DNA from: Nageia nagi
Taxonomy: Eukaryota; Plantae; Pinophyta
Assembly: GCA_050084985.1 (NCBI GenBank)
Contig: JBITNC010000001.1
Span: 38,688,001 to 38,752,000, forward strand
Direction of reading: 5' to 3'
Length of the DNA stretch: 64,000 bases
The notes beneath the pieces are model-generated. The model was given only the letters and a program-made list of their open reading frames with translations. It ran no database searches and was not told where the DNA came from. The translations under genes and the position numbers were made by a program. This document shows, piece by piece, positions 38,939 to 52,900 of the stretch; position 1 is the stretch's first letter; each line of letters starts with the position of its first letter.

Positions 38939-41074
38939 ACTAGAAAAAGAATAGAAAATCCCATGAAATAGGGGAGGGGCCAAGATATAAAAGCAAAAGT
39001 AAGAAGGATGATGATAATACTAATGGTTGAAGAAGAAATCTATATCCCTTAATCTACGATATTGGGAGGTATGACATGTAATTTTATTTTTGTATTTATT
39101 ATTATGTTTCTCAATGTTGAATAATTTTAGTTTGATATTCTGATCTTTAAACATCATCTTTTAGTTCATCACAACTTAGATGTGATGCATGTGGAGAAAA
39201 ATATTTATGAAATCCTAGTTAGGACATTATTAGGTACTAATACAAAGTCAAAGTATGGAAAAAACTCTCACAAGGATTTAAAACTTATGCAAATCATGAG
39301 TACATTATGGCCAAAAATTATTAATAATAAAATATATCTTCCAACAACACCTCATAATCTATTGAAGTTTGAGAAACAAAGGTTCTATGAAATATTTTAC
39401 GATATGAAAGTACTTGATGGATATTTTTCAAATATTAGCAAAAAATTCTCTATGAAATATCTTAAGATCCTCGATCCAAAATCACATGATTATCATGTTA
39501 TCATGCAAAACCTTCTTTTAGTAGCATTACAACATGTTCTTAATAAGGAAATATGAAAAGCCATTTCTAAGTTGTGCATGTTCTAAAGAGAGATATGCAC
39601 TAAAGTGATGGATCCTAAAAAAATGGAGAAATTAGAGGAAGTGGTCATGGAAATGTTATGGTTACTTAAAAAGTACTCCCACCTTCATCTTCTCAAATCA
39701 TGGTGCACTTAATAGCTTACTTGGTAGAGGAGGTACATCAATGTGGACATATACCATATCGATGGATGTACCATTTTGAGAGGTTTGTGTGTGTTTATCA
39801 ATTTCATAAATTACCATTTTTCTAAATTTTTATAATGTCTCAACAAAATAAAATTATTTTTGTCTTCCTCATATTTATAAATATTTATAAGATCTATGTA
39901 AAGAACTAAGTTAGGCCCAAAGGTTGTATTGCAAAGTGATATATCGTTAAAGAGTTTGTTTCATTCTATGTAGACTATATGAGAGGTATAAAAGAAATTG
40001 ATAAAGAAGAAGAAAATATAGTCAATGTGAGATCAATATCTAAACTTAAAGTCTTTAATTTGGATGAAATTTCTCTCAAGCAAGCCCATAGATGGGTTCT
40101 CATGAACATGGATGTAGTTTAATCTTGGGTAGAGTAAGTACATATTTATTTGTTTGTATTATATATATGATTGAATATTATTAAGATATAACTATTCTTG
40201 ATAAACTTTATTCCAAATCAAGAAGCACAAGATGAGTATTAAGGAATCCAACCCTCATGTAGTGAAAGACTAAATAACATTACAAAAAAATTCATATTCA
40301 AACATTGATCCTTGGCTATGAGATCAGGTCATTTTGCTCTTTTGAATATAATCTTCAATATTTATATTGATTTTCATGTAAGTTTTTGTAATCATATTCA
40401 AACTATTATTCTTTGTTTGAGTTTTAGGGAGATGAAAAACAACATAATGATGATAACTCTAACACAATAAAATGGTTGGCATATGGTCCAATTCAAGTTA
40501 CGATCAAATTTTTAGATTATTTGATCAAAAATTATAGATTTAATACCAAAGATATAAATTAACAAATAACAACTCAAAATATGCATGTGTCTCAATACAA
40601 TTATCAGGTGCAAATCAAGTGCAAAAGATACAAACATAGTGTCTGAAATAATCACACATTATGGTATTATTAAGGAAATAATTATGTTGAATTATATATA
40701 GTTTCAATAATCCTTTTGATAAAATATGACTATATGAATTTTCTTGATAAGAAGAGTGGATATAAAAATTACAAAATGGGCTACACATTGGTCAACATGA
40801 GCATATTACAACCTGGGGATAGACAAGAAGATGATCCATATATTCTAGCATTGTAATCCAAAAACATTTTTTATGTACAACATTCAATTGATACTAGTTG
40901 GTATGTGGCTCTCACAGTACCTACAATAGGGATCAAAGACACTGAAGTACATAGGGCAGACATCTTTGGAGCAACATATTTTATTTAAGTTGATGACAAC
41001 ACAAATAATGATGAGGAGATTGAATATGAATATGAGGGTATATTTTTGAAATTATGCCCAAATGATCAATAATG

Positions 41075-42301
41075 ATCAACATTTTGTTTTTGGATGGCTA
41101 TGCATTACAAGCATGTTTTAAACAAATTACCACTTTTAGACTAGTTTTTGACACTTAGAAAATTTCTTGGTTGAACAGTTGCTTTCCTTCTCCAATAAGT
41201 TTTTGGATCATATGGTGTATTTAAATCATTTCATATCACATGTCATTATTTAAACATAAGCACAATAATATTCAAATATGCTCTATAATTATGCTCAAAT
41301 GATTTAAATATGCTCTAAAATTCAATTATCCTCAAATATTTCAAATATATTATATATATTAATTGTAAAATGGTTTTGCTATAGGCTAGGCAATGAAGGA
41401 GCCTGCAACATGTTTCATTATTTTCATCTCATCATTATGTATACACAACATGGAATCCACTTGGGAACCATATATTTTTAATGTGTTTAGCTAAGTATTA
41501 CAAGCATATTTTTGCCAAATTACTTTATGAAATTTTTTGGGTTTAATAGTTGCTTTCCTTCTGCAAGCCAATTTTGGATCATATGGTGTACTTAAATTAT
41601 TTCATGTCACATGTCATAATTTATTTGATACAAGCTAGATAATGAAGTAGCTCACAACATGTTTCATTTTTGACATATCATCATTATGTATATGTAATAT
41701 GACATTCAATTGGGAATCATATTATTTTTTTTTAATGTTTGGCTAAGTATTAAATTCATGTTTTTTGCCAACTTAACAATTTTGCACTAGTTTTTAACAC
41801 TTACAAAATTTTAATTGGTTTGATAGTTTCTTTCCTCTTCCACATTGATTTTTGGATCATATGGTATATTTAAATCATTTCATATCATATGTCATGATTG
41901 TTATGATACATGGATGATAATGAAGGAGCCCAAAGCATGTTCTATTATTTTGATCTCATCATTATGTATATACAACATGACATCTAGTTGGGAATCATAT
42001 AGTTTTTATAGGTTTAACTAGGTATTAAAAGCATGTTTTTTCCAACTTACAAGTTTGGTGTAGTTTTTAATACTTAAGAAAATTTTTGGGTTAAACAAAT
42101 GCTTTCCTTCACCAAGTAAGTTTTTGGATCATAGAGTGTATATAAATTATTTCATATCACATTTCATAATTTATTTGTAAAAACATTTTGATATAGGCCA
42201 GATATTTAAGGAGTGCATATCATGTTCCATTATTTTTATCTCATCATTTTGTATATACAACATGAGATCCACTTACGAACAACATGATTTTTCTATGTTT
42301 A
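41075..42301. repeat. CACTA-internal tandem repeat, about 280-370-bp units, four copies; resumes at 54804-54960 beyond the LTR insertion
   Basis: TTTTGGATCATATGGTGTA.TTAAAT.ATTTCATATCAC at about 41200, 41572, 41850 and 42121; GCTAA(A)GTATTACAAGC.TATTTTTGCCAA continues at 54809. Confidence 0.85.
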
Positions 42302-44269
42302 TGTTAGCACCTAAAAAATAATTTTAATTTAATTAAAATACCGTCTTTGGTATTTGAAATAATTTATTTAATTATTTAAATAAATGCTATTTTCCATTTG
42401 TACTCTCATCTACCTTTATATTTTGTGGTAATAGATCAGCTTGGCATCACAATAAGCCTAAAGGAGGAGCCTTAGCACTAGACATGTTGCATATAAATAT
42501 GGAGGGGTTGTGCATGATTAGAGATATGATATGAAATGATATAATCCTAAATCTTTAAAAGGTAGAAATTTACTTGTGTTAATATTTATTGAGTCTACTT
42601 ATCATCTTTGGATTTTGTTATACTCTAAGATTTGCATTCATGTTATCTTTCATCCATTCACAAGAGAGATTCGATGGATCAAAGGTGGGACAATGCAATC
42701 AATCAAAAGAGTGAGATGTTCAAGAATAATAACTAGGTGTTTTCATTGGGTCTTTGGCCTTACTGCTAGGTTGAAATCAGATTAGTGGATCTATGTTTCA
42801 GGGAAGCTCATTGTTCATATTCTTTTGATTGAATTTTACCTCCGTTCATCATCACAGGTAAAGTACAAGTTTGTATCTTCCATAAATCTAGTTTTGATAG
42901 GTCAAGATCAATTAGATCATTATCATATTTCATGTCATTTATTTATTATTATTCATAGTTAATTGGTAAATTTAATTATTTTATAAATAACCCTAATAAT
43001 TATTATTTTGATTATAATAATTGGTGAACCCAACTTATTTTTGATACATCACATTATCCTTCACTAATTACATCAAAACCCTAGTGTTTTGGATAAGACT
43101 AATCTTGGATTTCAAGTGTTTCAGAAATGGGCACACCCATTGCTACAAATCATGAAATCCTTAATGTCCTATTGTACAAATTAAAAAAGACTAGAGCATA
43201 CAAGAATTATGCCAATTCACCTAGAAGAAAATGCAAAAGAGTACAAATATTGCACCTACATGATGAATATGATAGTTCTCTAGAATATTATATCCATGTA
43301 GCTTAGAAAGAAGAAATAAGTAATCAAGAAGAAATTGATTGGCTTCCATCCAATGCATTATAGGTACTCACTAAAATTTTATCTATTCCACAAGGTCAAA
43401 AATGGTTAGATATGAAAGAATATCTTCCTTTCCTTATACAAACTTTGTAAGAGGTTGATACCAAAGTTAGACACCTCCTAGGTTCTACCCTAGATTCTAA
43501 TCTTGAATATACTAATAAATGTAGATGATCCAATAAATCAAATAGGATATGACCTTAAACCCTTATTGATAGGCTTATAATTACTTTGAACCTTCCCAAG
43601 TTCCTTTGTTATAGTTCCCCATCCCTAATGTTGTTTTTGAATCCCAAGTTCCAATAAAAACCCTTCATACTACATGCATAACACTAGTGATGATGTTGGA
43701 CCTAGCACCACTACTCTGTTACCTGAATAGAATCATGTCTAGTCTTTTCCCAATCCTAGGATTTCCATTCCATAGGTACCTCTCAATTGTGATAAAGAGT
43801 TTGAAGATAACATTGATGAAGAAGCCTTAGTTGATATCTTAGAAGATGAAGAATCCCAAGGGCCACCCATCCTTGAATCATGGATAAATGAACCAAATCT
43901 AGTAATTATATTTGGCATGAAGTAAAGACTAGGTTGGTTAGATGCATAATTAGATATAATAAAGAGAGAATTGAAGTTTCTGAACTAGAATGTCAAATGG
44001 AGTTGGTCTACAATTTGGTAAGAACTTTAGAGTAAGAAAAATTCCATTATTTTGGTCTATTTATAGGTTTAGAAAAGGAAAAGTACATGGATACTCGAAG
44101 ACCATTACCACATGCACCTTTTGATAATACATTGTAAGAACTACTATAGTTAAAGTAACAAAATAATTCCATTATGGATTGCATCAATATGTTTACACTT
44201 ATTATTCCAAGAGGTAGTGAGAACCCCTTTTTCCATCACATCTTTTAGAAAAGGTATGATAAACAAGTA

Positions 44270-45110
44270 ATATTTACTATGTTTGATGGTCATTCTGATT
44301 CTAGAATACATTTGTAAAGGTATCACTTAGAGGTTATTTCATTTGAAAATGATGATGACTTGTTGGCCAAATTATTTCCTCTTAGTTTAAAATCTAAATC
44401 ATTCTTATGGTTTACTAATCTTCCTAATGAAAGTATTACATGTTTTGATGATGTTGTTAAAGCTTTCTTAGATCAATATAATTTGTTCAAAACATAAGAA
44501 CCATATCCTTTAGACATGTATAACCTAAAATAGAAATAAGGTCAACTTGTTAGTAACTTCATTATTGAGTGGTACAAAGTAGCCAACCAAGTCCAAATCC
44601 CTACCAAAGAAAATAAGCATATTCTTTTCTGCACCTTAGTGTCATCTTGTAGGAATGACTTCTCATATTTATAATATTATCCATATGATAAAATAATATA
44701 TGAAATGATTAGTAAAGAGGCCCATCATAAAGACTTTTATGAATGCTTAGCCCACATGAAGCCAACTTCAGTCCAAACCTATGCTTCTCCTGATAAACCT
44801 ATGACCCATCACCATGAGCCTAAAGTTAAAATGATAGGTCATCTCAGCCATGATGATATAAAATTTTAGCAACTTAGAAACTCACATAAGTATTATATCA
44901 AGTTCCATGAGGATATTAGTGAGGTATTGGATGCATTAGTAGCCATGAACATGGTCTGTTATCCATAAATGAAGGAGCCCCCCTAAATTAAACCTCAAGG
45001 ATATCAAGCATAACCCTTTTGTAATTTCCATAGGAGAGCTAGTCATGCCAAAAAGAGTGTTTTCATCTCAAAAATATAATCCAATACTTACATTAAAAGT
45101 GTAAATACAA
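44270..45110 (+). pseudogene. Decayed Ogre/Tat-type gag
   Basis: FDGHSDSRIHL..DDLLAKLFPLSLKSKSFLWFTNLPNESITCFDDVVKAFLDQY; PFCNFHRRASH..FHLKNIIQ. Confidence 0.8.
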
Positions 45111-45829
45111 ATTTGATCATGAAGTTTCAAATGAGGTTTTGTAGCAACATAAGTTTAAGCTAGTGCACAATAGTTCAGTACATCCTCACAACCAAATGTT
45201 GATGATATTCAATAATCCATTTCTACAATTCAAGAAAGTGATACTTGATGATGATGGCAAGAAGTTGCAAACCAACACTATGAGTATGGTCCTGGATGTA
45301 GATGGTGTTTGGGATATTCCATAAATTATTTCACCATATTTTATTTTCATATATTTATTTTTCATGGTTTGGTCCAAATTTGTAATGTGTCATGTTGAAT
45401 TGAGTGTTGGAACCCAACATCATCACTCTATTCGTAGTCCTATTTCATAAAAAAATTGATATGATATTTTCAATGTATGTATTTTACTACAAAAATATGT
45501 AATTTTTATATCTTTGTTAAATTGATATGATATTTATTTTTCATAAAAATTCAATTTTTATATCTTTGTTAAATAAATGATTCAATTTTTTTTGGAAATT
45601 GGTCTGTTCTAATTATTTTTCTTAAATAAATTTTGTTTTACTTGCTTAAAAATTACAATGTACTTGTCAAAAAATCCAAACATAGTTCTAATAAATTAAA
45701 AAATAAATAAATATGTCATAACCAAACATATATATATAATAAAAATATCATTTTCCATAGATAATAAAACATATGTCCAAAAAAATTTCATAAACAAATG
45801 TCACTGATACATCAACCTAGTTCAATCTA

Positions 45830-47510
45830 TGAGAACTCTTACCTACAGATGGATCTTGGGTCTTACTCTTAGATCTAGACCTCAAATGACTAGTAGATAT
45901 CACTGCTAGTGTTTGTTAGAACTAAAGGAGCTGATTATCTTTCAATTTGATCATGTCTTGAGCCTCTTTAGCTCCTAATGTTGCATCACATGAGGTAGCA
46001 TCTATAATATCTTCATTTTTCCTTATAAGATACCTATCTGGTCATCTTGAGCCATTAACTACAACTATAGACTTACCATCTATGCTTGTAGCACCACTAC
46101 CTAAGTCTCTAGCCATGTACCATAAAAAGTTTATTATCATTTTTCTCTCTTAAAAAAATGAGTACATAAATCAAATCCCTAGAGTTTAGGTATAGCTTAG
46201 GTATCCATAAAGGGAGTCACAACTCTCGATGAGGATGGTTCATATGGGTTTGCTGGCCAAGTAGTTGGTGGAGCATTACCCACATTCATGGGCTCCTCTC
46301 CTACCATATCTATCTCCTTATCATCCCTCTTCTCCTCCTTTGCCACTTCCTCTACCTCTTCCTTATTAGCCTCCTCATCCTCGAGAACTAATGGTATGGG
46401 TTTCACTATGTCCCACCATCATCGGTACTCCAAGGTATGCTAATGAAAGGTGTGGGAACCCTAGGGGCATGATCCTCTAATGGGACCACTCTTTACTCCA
46501 CACTAGTATAGCCATAATCCCTAATGGAATCATTAAATAATGATAGTATCTAGCCACAATTAGCCACACCCTTAACATAGGTACATCCTACATCATGCTA
46601 AATGACCTTAGCACTTGATTTGAATGGTAATACTTGGTAGCTCCTTATTCGACTCCTCCCACATTGCCAAGTAAAAATAGGGGTCCCAAACTCTTTCATC
46701 CTTATCCAAAAGATCTATTAGTCTTTATCATCACTTGAATCCCCACATCACACATACTTGTTGCACTATTTTCCATTTAAATCAATGGGGCATGTCCGCT
46801 CATGTCATTGTAGGAAGATAGGTGCGAGCCACATTGATATGCTTGTACACCCAAGTCTTTAGAATTAATGAGTGGGTGATAATATTACCTCCTTTCTTTG
46901 GATACATAAAAATTTGAAGATCCATGTATAACATAGCTAATATGTAAGGTTCTCATGCATACATCTCTCATGAAGGCATATCCCTTGTACTATGAGAATG
47001 AACCCAGTATGGAAGTACTCATGATTCTTTTCACTACATAGGACTATTTTGATAAGAACAACTACATACAACTTGAAATATCTAGTGAAGTAAATGTCCT
47101 CTAGGGGCATATAAACTATGTCATGAAGGGGAGCACCCTTCTTCTATTGCTGGTAGTACCTCACCCCTATCAACTAGTAGCATTGGTCCTCCATCTTATC
47201 CATAGTTAGAGTATCCTATTGTATCATTATACCCTTAATGGGTACCCATAGAATGCAATGGATGTTAGTAAGGGTGATCATCAACTCACCCATCGATAGG
47301 TGGAATGTATTGGTGTTTTCACACAAACACTCCATAAGTGCAGTCAAAAACTACTTATCACATGGGATACACATGATCTCGTTTACATGACTAAGCCTAG
47401 ATATCTCTAGTCACCCTTTCTCATACAAATTCAAAACAAAGTCTATGACCATATCCATAGACTTACTCCATGGCTTGCATCTCATCAAGTAGGCTCGATC
47501 CTACATCTAG
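45830..47510 (-). pseudogene. Plant Mobile Domain (PMD, MAIN/MAIL-like) ORF, antisense within the LTR element, decayed
   Basis: FLTALMECLCENTNTFHLSMGELMITLTNIHCILWVPIKG (cf. LITALVERW..ETHTFHLP.GEMTITLEDV), YA*EPYILAMLY, KTWVYKHI, YYHSNQVLRSF; acidic tail in ORF 46197-46406. Confidence 0.85.
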
Positions 47511-48244
47511 GTCAATAAATTTTTTTTACCTCTTATATTCCTAAAAATTATTGCTCTTTTTCACTTCATGGTTGTGGCACAAAACTAAAATGCCTTTCCT
47601 TTTTTGAATATTGCTTTCTTATCCTAATGAAAAAACCATGTTTCTAGTGCTGCCACTAGGTTATAATGGTAATTTACAATGCATTTTCTTTTCCATACTA
47701 TATGTGTAGACTTAAATGTGGAAAAATGTCTCTACTTTTAATTTATGTATCATAATTAATAAAATACAAATTGAACTCTTAGTTTCCATAGCTTATCATG
47801 TTTCAAAAATTATAAATATGTTTCAAAAATGCTATTTTTAGTGTCTCATGTCATAAATGCATGTCATTATTATGCTTATCAATATATGTTGCTTAGATAT
47901 TTTAGATAATGTTATGTCAATAAAATTGCTTATGAAATGCTTGGTTGTATATCTTATTAGGAATTGCTTATCAAATGAACATTTTAATGAATTTTCCATA
48001 ATTGCTTATCAGTACATATTGTGAGAGAAATTGCATGATTGATTATCATAAATACTACTTGTCAATATATGTTGCTTATCACACTTATCATGCTTTGCTT
48101 AAAATTTCTTATGAAAATATTGCTTTGTTCAAATACATGCTTTTCAAAATATTATTTATCATTCTTTGATTAAATTAACTCTTATCATACAAAATGCTTA
48201 TCACATGATCAAAATATTGTTCATATCATACTTTTGCTTATCAT

Positions 48245-48535
48245 TGGTCTCCTTTGTAAGGAAGGGGCACTCTTATCAACAAAATCCATGGAAACATGGT
48301 GGCTTGGGGCACCAAGCTAGTAACTCATATTATTAGCCTCCTTTGTAAGGAAGAGGTACTCTTATTATTAAATCTATAGGAACATGATGGATTGTAAAAC
48401 CAAGTTGATCATTCTTATCCTTTTATGCCTTTATAAGGAAGGTTCAATCTTATCATTCGGTATATTTGTAAACAAGGTTCATTCATATAGAAATCCATGG
48501 AAACATGGTGGCTTGGGAAACCAAGTTGATCAATC
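48245..48535 (+). repeat. Tandem units of about 90 bp in the 3' UTR of the Ogre/Tat-like element
   Basis: CTCCTTTGTAAGGAAG..CTCTTAT..AAATCCATGGAAACATGGTGGCTTGGG..ACCAAG repeated 3-4 times. Confidence 0.8.
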
Positions 48536-49308
48536 TAAAATTGTTTATCATATTTTTTTACATCTTGGTGGGTAAGTCACCAAGGAAAGGTTTGCTTTTC
48601 TTACCATACTTTCCATATCATAGTGATTAATGTTCATATTTGAGATATATTACACAAAACCATTTCTTGTTTAAGCTCTTTTGAGGTACCTTTTTTTTCT
48701 TTACCTTGGATTTATCCTATGATGAGAGGTCCATCATGTCACAACCATGTCAAAGAGGGGGCATAATATAAGCAAAAATTGAGGTATCCAAAGTTGTTGC
48801 CATGTCACAACTATTCAGGGAGTATCTTTTTACTTTTCTTATGATACTTTGAATTCATGCTTTGATTTTTTTTTCTCAAAAGCATCAAAACATATTCAAA
48901 GTGGGGCATCTATTAACACCTTAAAAGGAAGTTTAATTTAATTAAAGTGTCGTTTTAGGTATTTAAAATAATTTTTTTAATTATTTAAATAAATACTCTT
49001 TTCCATATGCACTCTCATCTACCTTTATGTTTTGTGATAATAGGTCAACTCAGAATCATAATAAGCCTAAGGAGGAGCCTTAACACTAGACCTTTTGTGT
49101 ATAAAGATGGAGGGGTTATGCATGATAAAAGATATGACATGACATGACATAATATCAAATCCTTGATATGTGGTAATATATTTGTATCAATCTTGATCGA
49201 TGTTTCTTAATGTCACCTATCATCTCTAGATTTTATTATACTCTAAGCTTTGCATTCCTATGACATTCACGAATGAGATTCAATGGATCAAAGGTGGGAT
49301 GATGATAT

Positions 49309-49890
49309 TGTTAGGATTTAAAGAGTTCATATAACCAAGAGCATTCACAATTTAGATTGTCTTTGGCAAAGAAGAAACAACATTAAGCATACTACTGAAA
49401 ATAAACATCCATAAACATCAATCACACAAGAGAAACACAAGAGATAACGTGGTTCACCCAGTGTAGGCTACATCCACGAAGAAGCTTTCAACCCTTTTGC
49501 ATTCAAATCCTCCAAGCAATACATCAGCAGCATAACCTTGCTACAACCTTCACTTTGGAGTTACAACAAAGCTCCACTACAATCTCTCTCTCAACAATTA
49601 CAATCAACCTCACAAATGCTGTCAAATTACAGTCATACACACATATTCCAACTACATACATGCCTCAACTCAAGCCTCTTATTTATAGGTACAAACTAAC
49701 CCAACTTAAACCCAAGTTGGATCAGGAAGGTTGTTAGGTAACCCCCAACCCTTCTACAACTGCTGAACAGGTGTCATGGCTCCTTGGCAACTGAAAATTG
49801 GTTTGAAATAAGAAAGAAACTGCCCTGCAGACCGGTTGGCTTTATAAACAAAACTATCCTTCAGATTTACTGGTCTCCATTTTTCTAACA
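49309..49890 (-). repeat. 3' LTR of the Copia element
   Basis: Direct repeat of 53898-54479; PPT adjacent at 49891-49901. Confidence 0.98.
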
Positions 49891-49950
49891 ATCTCCCACT
49901 TGGAGACTTCTTCCTCTGCAACAAGGGTCAAAAGCTCCTCATCTTAGCCT

Positions 49951-52900
49951 TTACTCCTTAAGACCAATCCAAGTTGAGCAAGAGCCCAACTTCTCCTTTG
50001 TAACAACTTTCGTGAACATGTCCGCAGGATTTTGTGACGTGTGAATCTTCCCCAAACTAACTGAACCATCCTCCAACGCTGCCCTGATGAAGTGGTACCT
50101 CAATTTGATGTGTTTGGTTCTCGAATGATAGGCTGAGTTCTTTGCAAGATGGATAGCACTCTGGCTATCACTCCATAGCTTCGCATCCTCCTGCACCTTT
50201 CCCAGTTCCTCCATCAGTCTCTTCAACCAAATCAACTCTTTACTCGCCTCCGTGATTGCCACGTACTCTGCCTCAGTAGTGGAGAGAGCCACAACCTGTT
50301 GGAGTTTTGAAATCCAACTAACCGTTGTACCTCCAATGGTAAACACATAACCTGTAGTGCTTCTCCCACCATCTATATCACCTGCCATGTCAGAATCAAC
50401 ATAACCTTGCAGACAAGAGTTAGATCCACCAAAACATAAAGAGTAATGAGAAGTACCCCTTAAATACCTAAGGATCCATTTAACTGCTTCCCAATGCCCT
50501 TTTCCTGGATTATTCATGAATCTACTAACCACTCCCACTGCTTGTGCTATATCTGGTCTAGTACATACCATTGCATACATTAAACTCCCAACCGCTGAAG
50601 CATAAGGAACCTTAGTCATGTACTCCTTTTCCTTATCTGTCTTAGGACATAAATGTTTGGTGAGTTTAAAATGTTTTGCCAATGGTAAAGTTACAGATTT
50701 TGCATTATTCATATTGAACCGTTTAAGAACCTTTTCAATATAGTCTTCTTGACTTAGTCTTAGTGAGTGGTTTTGTTTATCTCTTGTTATTTTCATTCCA
50801 AGAATTTGATTAGCTTCACCCAAATCTTTCATTTCAAAAGTTTTAGCCAACTTTTCCTTAAGATCAACAATATCCTGCATACTAGGTCCTGCTATCAACA
50901 TGTCATCCACATATAAAAGCAAGATTACATAGTTGCCATTTGTTGTTCTTTTTATATACACACAATGATCAGATTGACATCTTACAAATTCATTTGTTAC
51001 CATGAAAGTGTCAAACTTATGATACCATTGCCTGGGTGCTTGTTTTAAGCCATACAAACTCTTTTCCAATTTACATACATACCCTTCTTTACCTTTGACC
51101 TCAAAACCTTCGGGTTGATGCATATAAATATCCTCCTCCAAATCCCCATGAAGGAAAGCTGTCTTTACATCCAGTTGTTCAAGAAACAAATTTTCAGTAG
51201 CAACAAGACTCAATATTGCTCTAATCGAGGTCATTTTAACAACTGGAGAAAACATCTCATCATAATCAATACCTTTTTTCTGTTCGAAACCTTTTACCAC
51301 AAGTCTCGCCTTGTACCTTTGTCGCCCATCTGCATCCTCCTTTATCCTGTACACCCATTTGTTAGTAAGAGCCCTCTTACCCTCTGGAAGCTCAACCAAA
51401 CTCCAAGTCTGATTCTTAAGTAAGGAGTCCATCTCCTCCTTCATAGCATGCTCCCACTTAATCTGTGTACCACCCTGCATCGCTTCATCAAAACATTCAG
51501 GTTCACCACCATCAGTATAAAGAATATGATAAAGAGCAGGAGAATATCGTTCAGGAGGATTTCTAATCCTTGTGGACCTTCTAAGTGACAAAGTTTGAGG
51601 TGTTTGTGGTGGAGGTACATTATTATCATCAGGATCCTTATATTGATCAACATCTTCTAGAGATACAAACTTGGGTTCCTCAACCTTTTGCAACCTATCT
51701 TTATACATGCTATTCTCATTGAATACAACATCTCTACTTCTAATGATTTTATGATTATCAACATCCCATAACCTATATCCCAAATCATTAACACCATATC
51801 CAATAAGATAGCATTTTTGTGATTTTGCATCAAGTTTATTTCTATTCTCTTTATCAACATGTGCAAAAGCCTCACAACCAAAGACTCTCAAGAATGAGTA
51901 ATTCACCTTTTTACCTGTCCACATCTCCTCTGGAATGCCTCCATCTAAAGCCATAGATGGACCCCTGTTAATCAAGTAAACAGCAGTGTCAATAGCATCA
52001 GCCCAAAGATTTAAAGGAAACCCAGCATGTATCCTCATACTTCTAGCCCTTTCCAAGATAGTCCTATTCATTCTCTTTGCAACCCCATTTTCCTGTGGAG
52101 TTCTAGGAACCACCTTAATCCTTCTAATGCCATTGTGTGAACAAAATGAATCAAACTCATTATTGCAAAATTCTCCACCATTATCTGACTTAAGACATTT
52201 TAACTTAGAATTAGTTTCATTCTCAACCAATGCCTTCCACCTCTTAAAAGTTTCAAACACATCAAATTTCTTTTTAAGACAAAATACCCATGTCTTCCTG
52301 GTACAATCATCAATAAAAGTGACAAAATAAGATGAGCCCCCAAGTGAGCAAACCTGTGCAGGACCCCACACATCTGTATGAACAAGCTCTAATTTGTGAC
52401 TCTTCCTTTCATTGCCAACTTTAAGAAATCTAACTTTCTTTTGTTTACCATACACACAATCTTCACAAAATCCTAAATCAATTTCTTTTAGATTTGGAAG
52501 TGAACCATTAGTGTGTAACATTTTCATTCCTTTTTCACTCATATGTCCAAGTCTATTATGCCATAGTGATGTATCATTACCAAAGGAAACAAGATTCAAT
52601 GAATAATCAAAGACATTTGTGAGTAAATAAAGAGACCCCACCAAATTTCCCTTTGCAAATACCATTGAACCTTTAGAAACTTTCCAATTACCATCCCCGA
52701 ATGTCATCACATAGCCCTCCTTATCCAATTTACTTATTGATATGAGATTCCTTTTAAGATCCGGAATGTGTCTTGCTTCATTAAGAGTCCATTGTGTTCC
52801 ATTCGGTAATTTCATTGTTATATTGCCCATACCAACAATTTTACATGGATGTTCATTACCTAATAACACTTGACCAAAATCACCATGTGTGTAATTAGAA

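Larger units (their letters stand above)
32010..41040 (+). pseudogene. CACTA TnpD/Tnp2-type transposase pseudogene with introns, split by the insertion at 33551-38938
   Basis: RIRCPYQRC, HACIDNCIL, KVLRYFS, VVMVTNGFNPF, SYICWPIVLIMYNLPPW, FLKPLVDD, LACPIC, YMGHRRYL | WLKKKSI, HHNLDVMHVEKNI, KSHDYHVIMQ, RWMYHFER, HYGIIKEII, DDPYILA. Confidence 0.92.
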
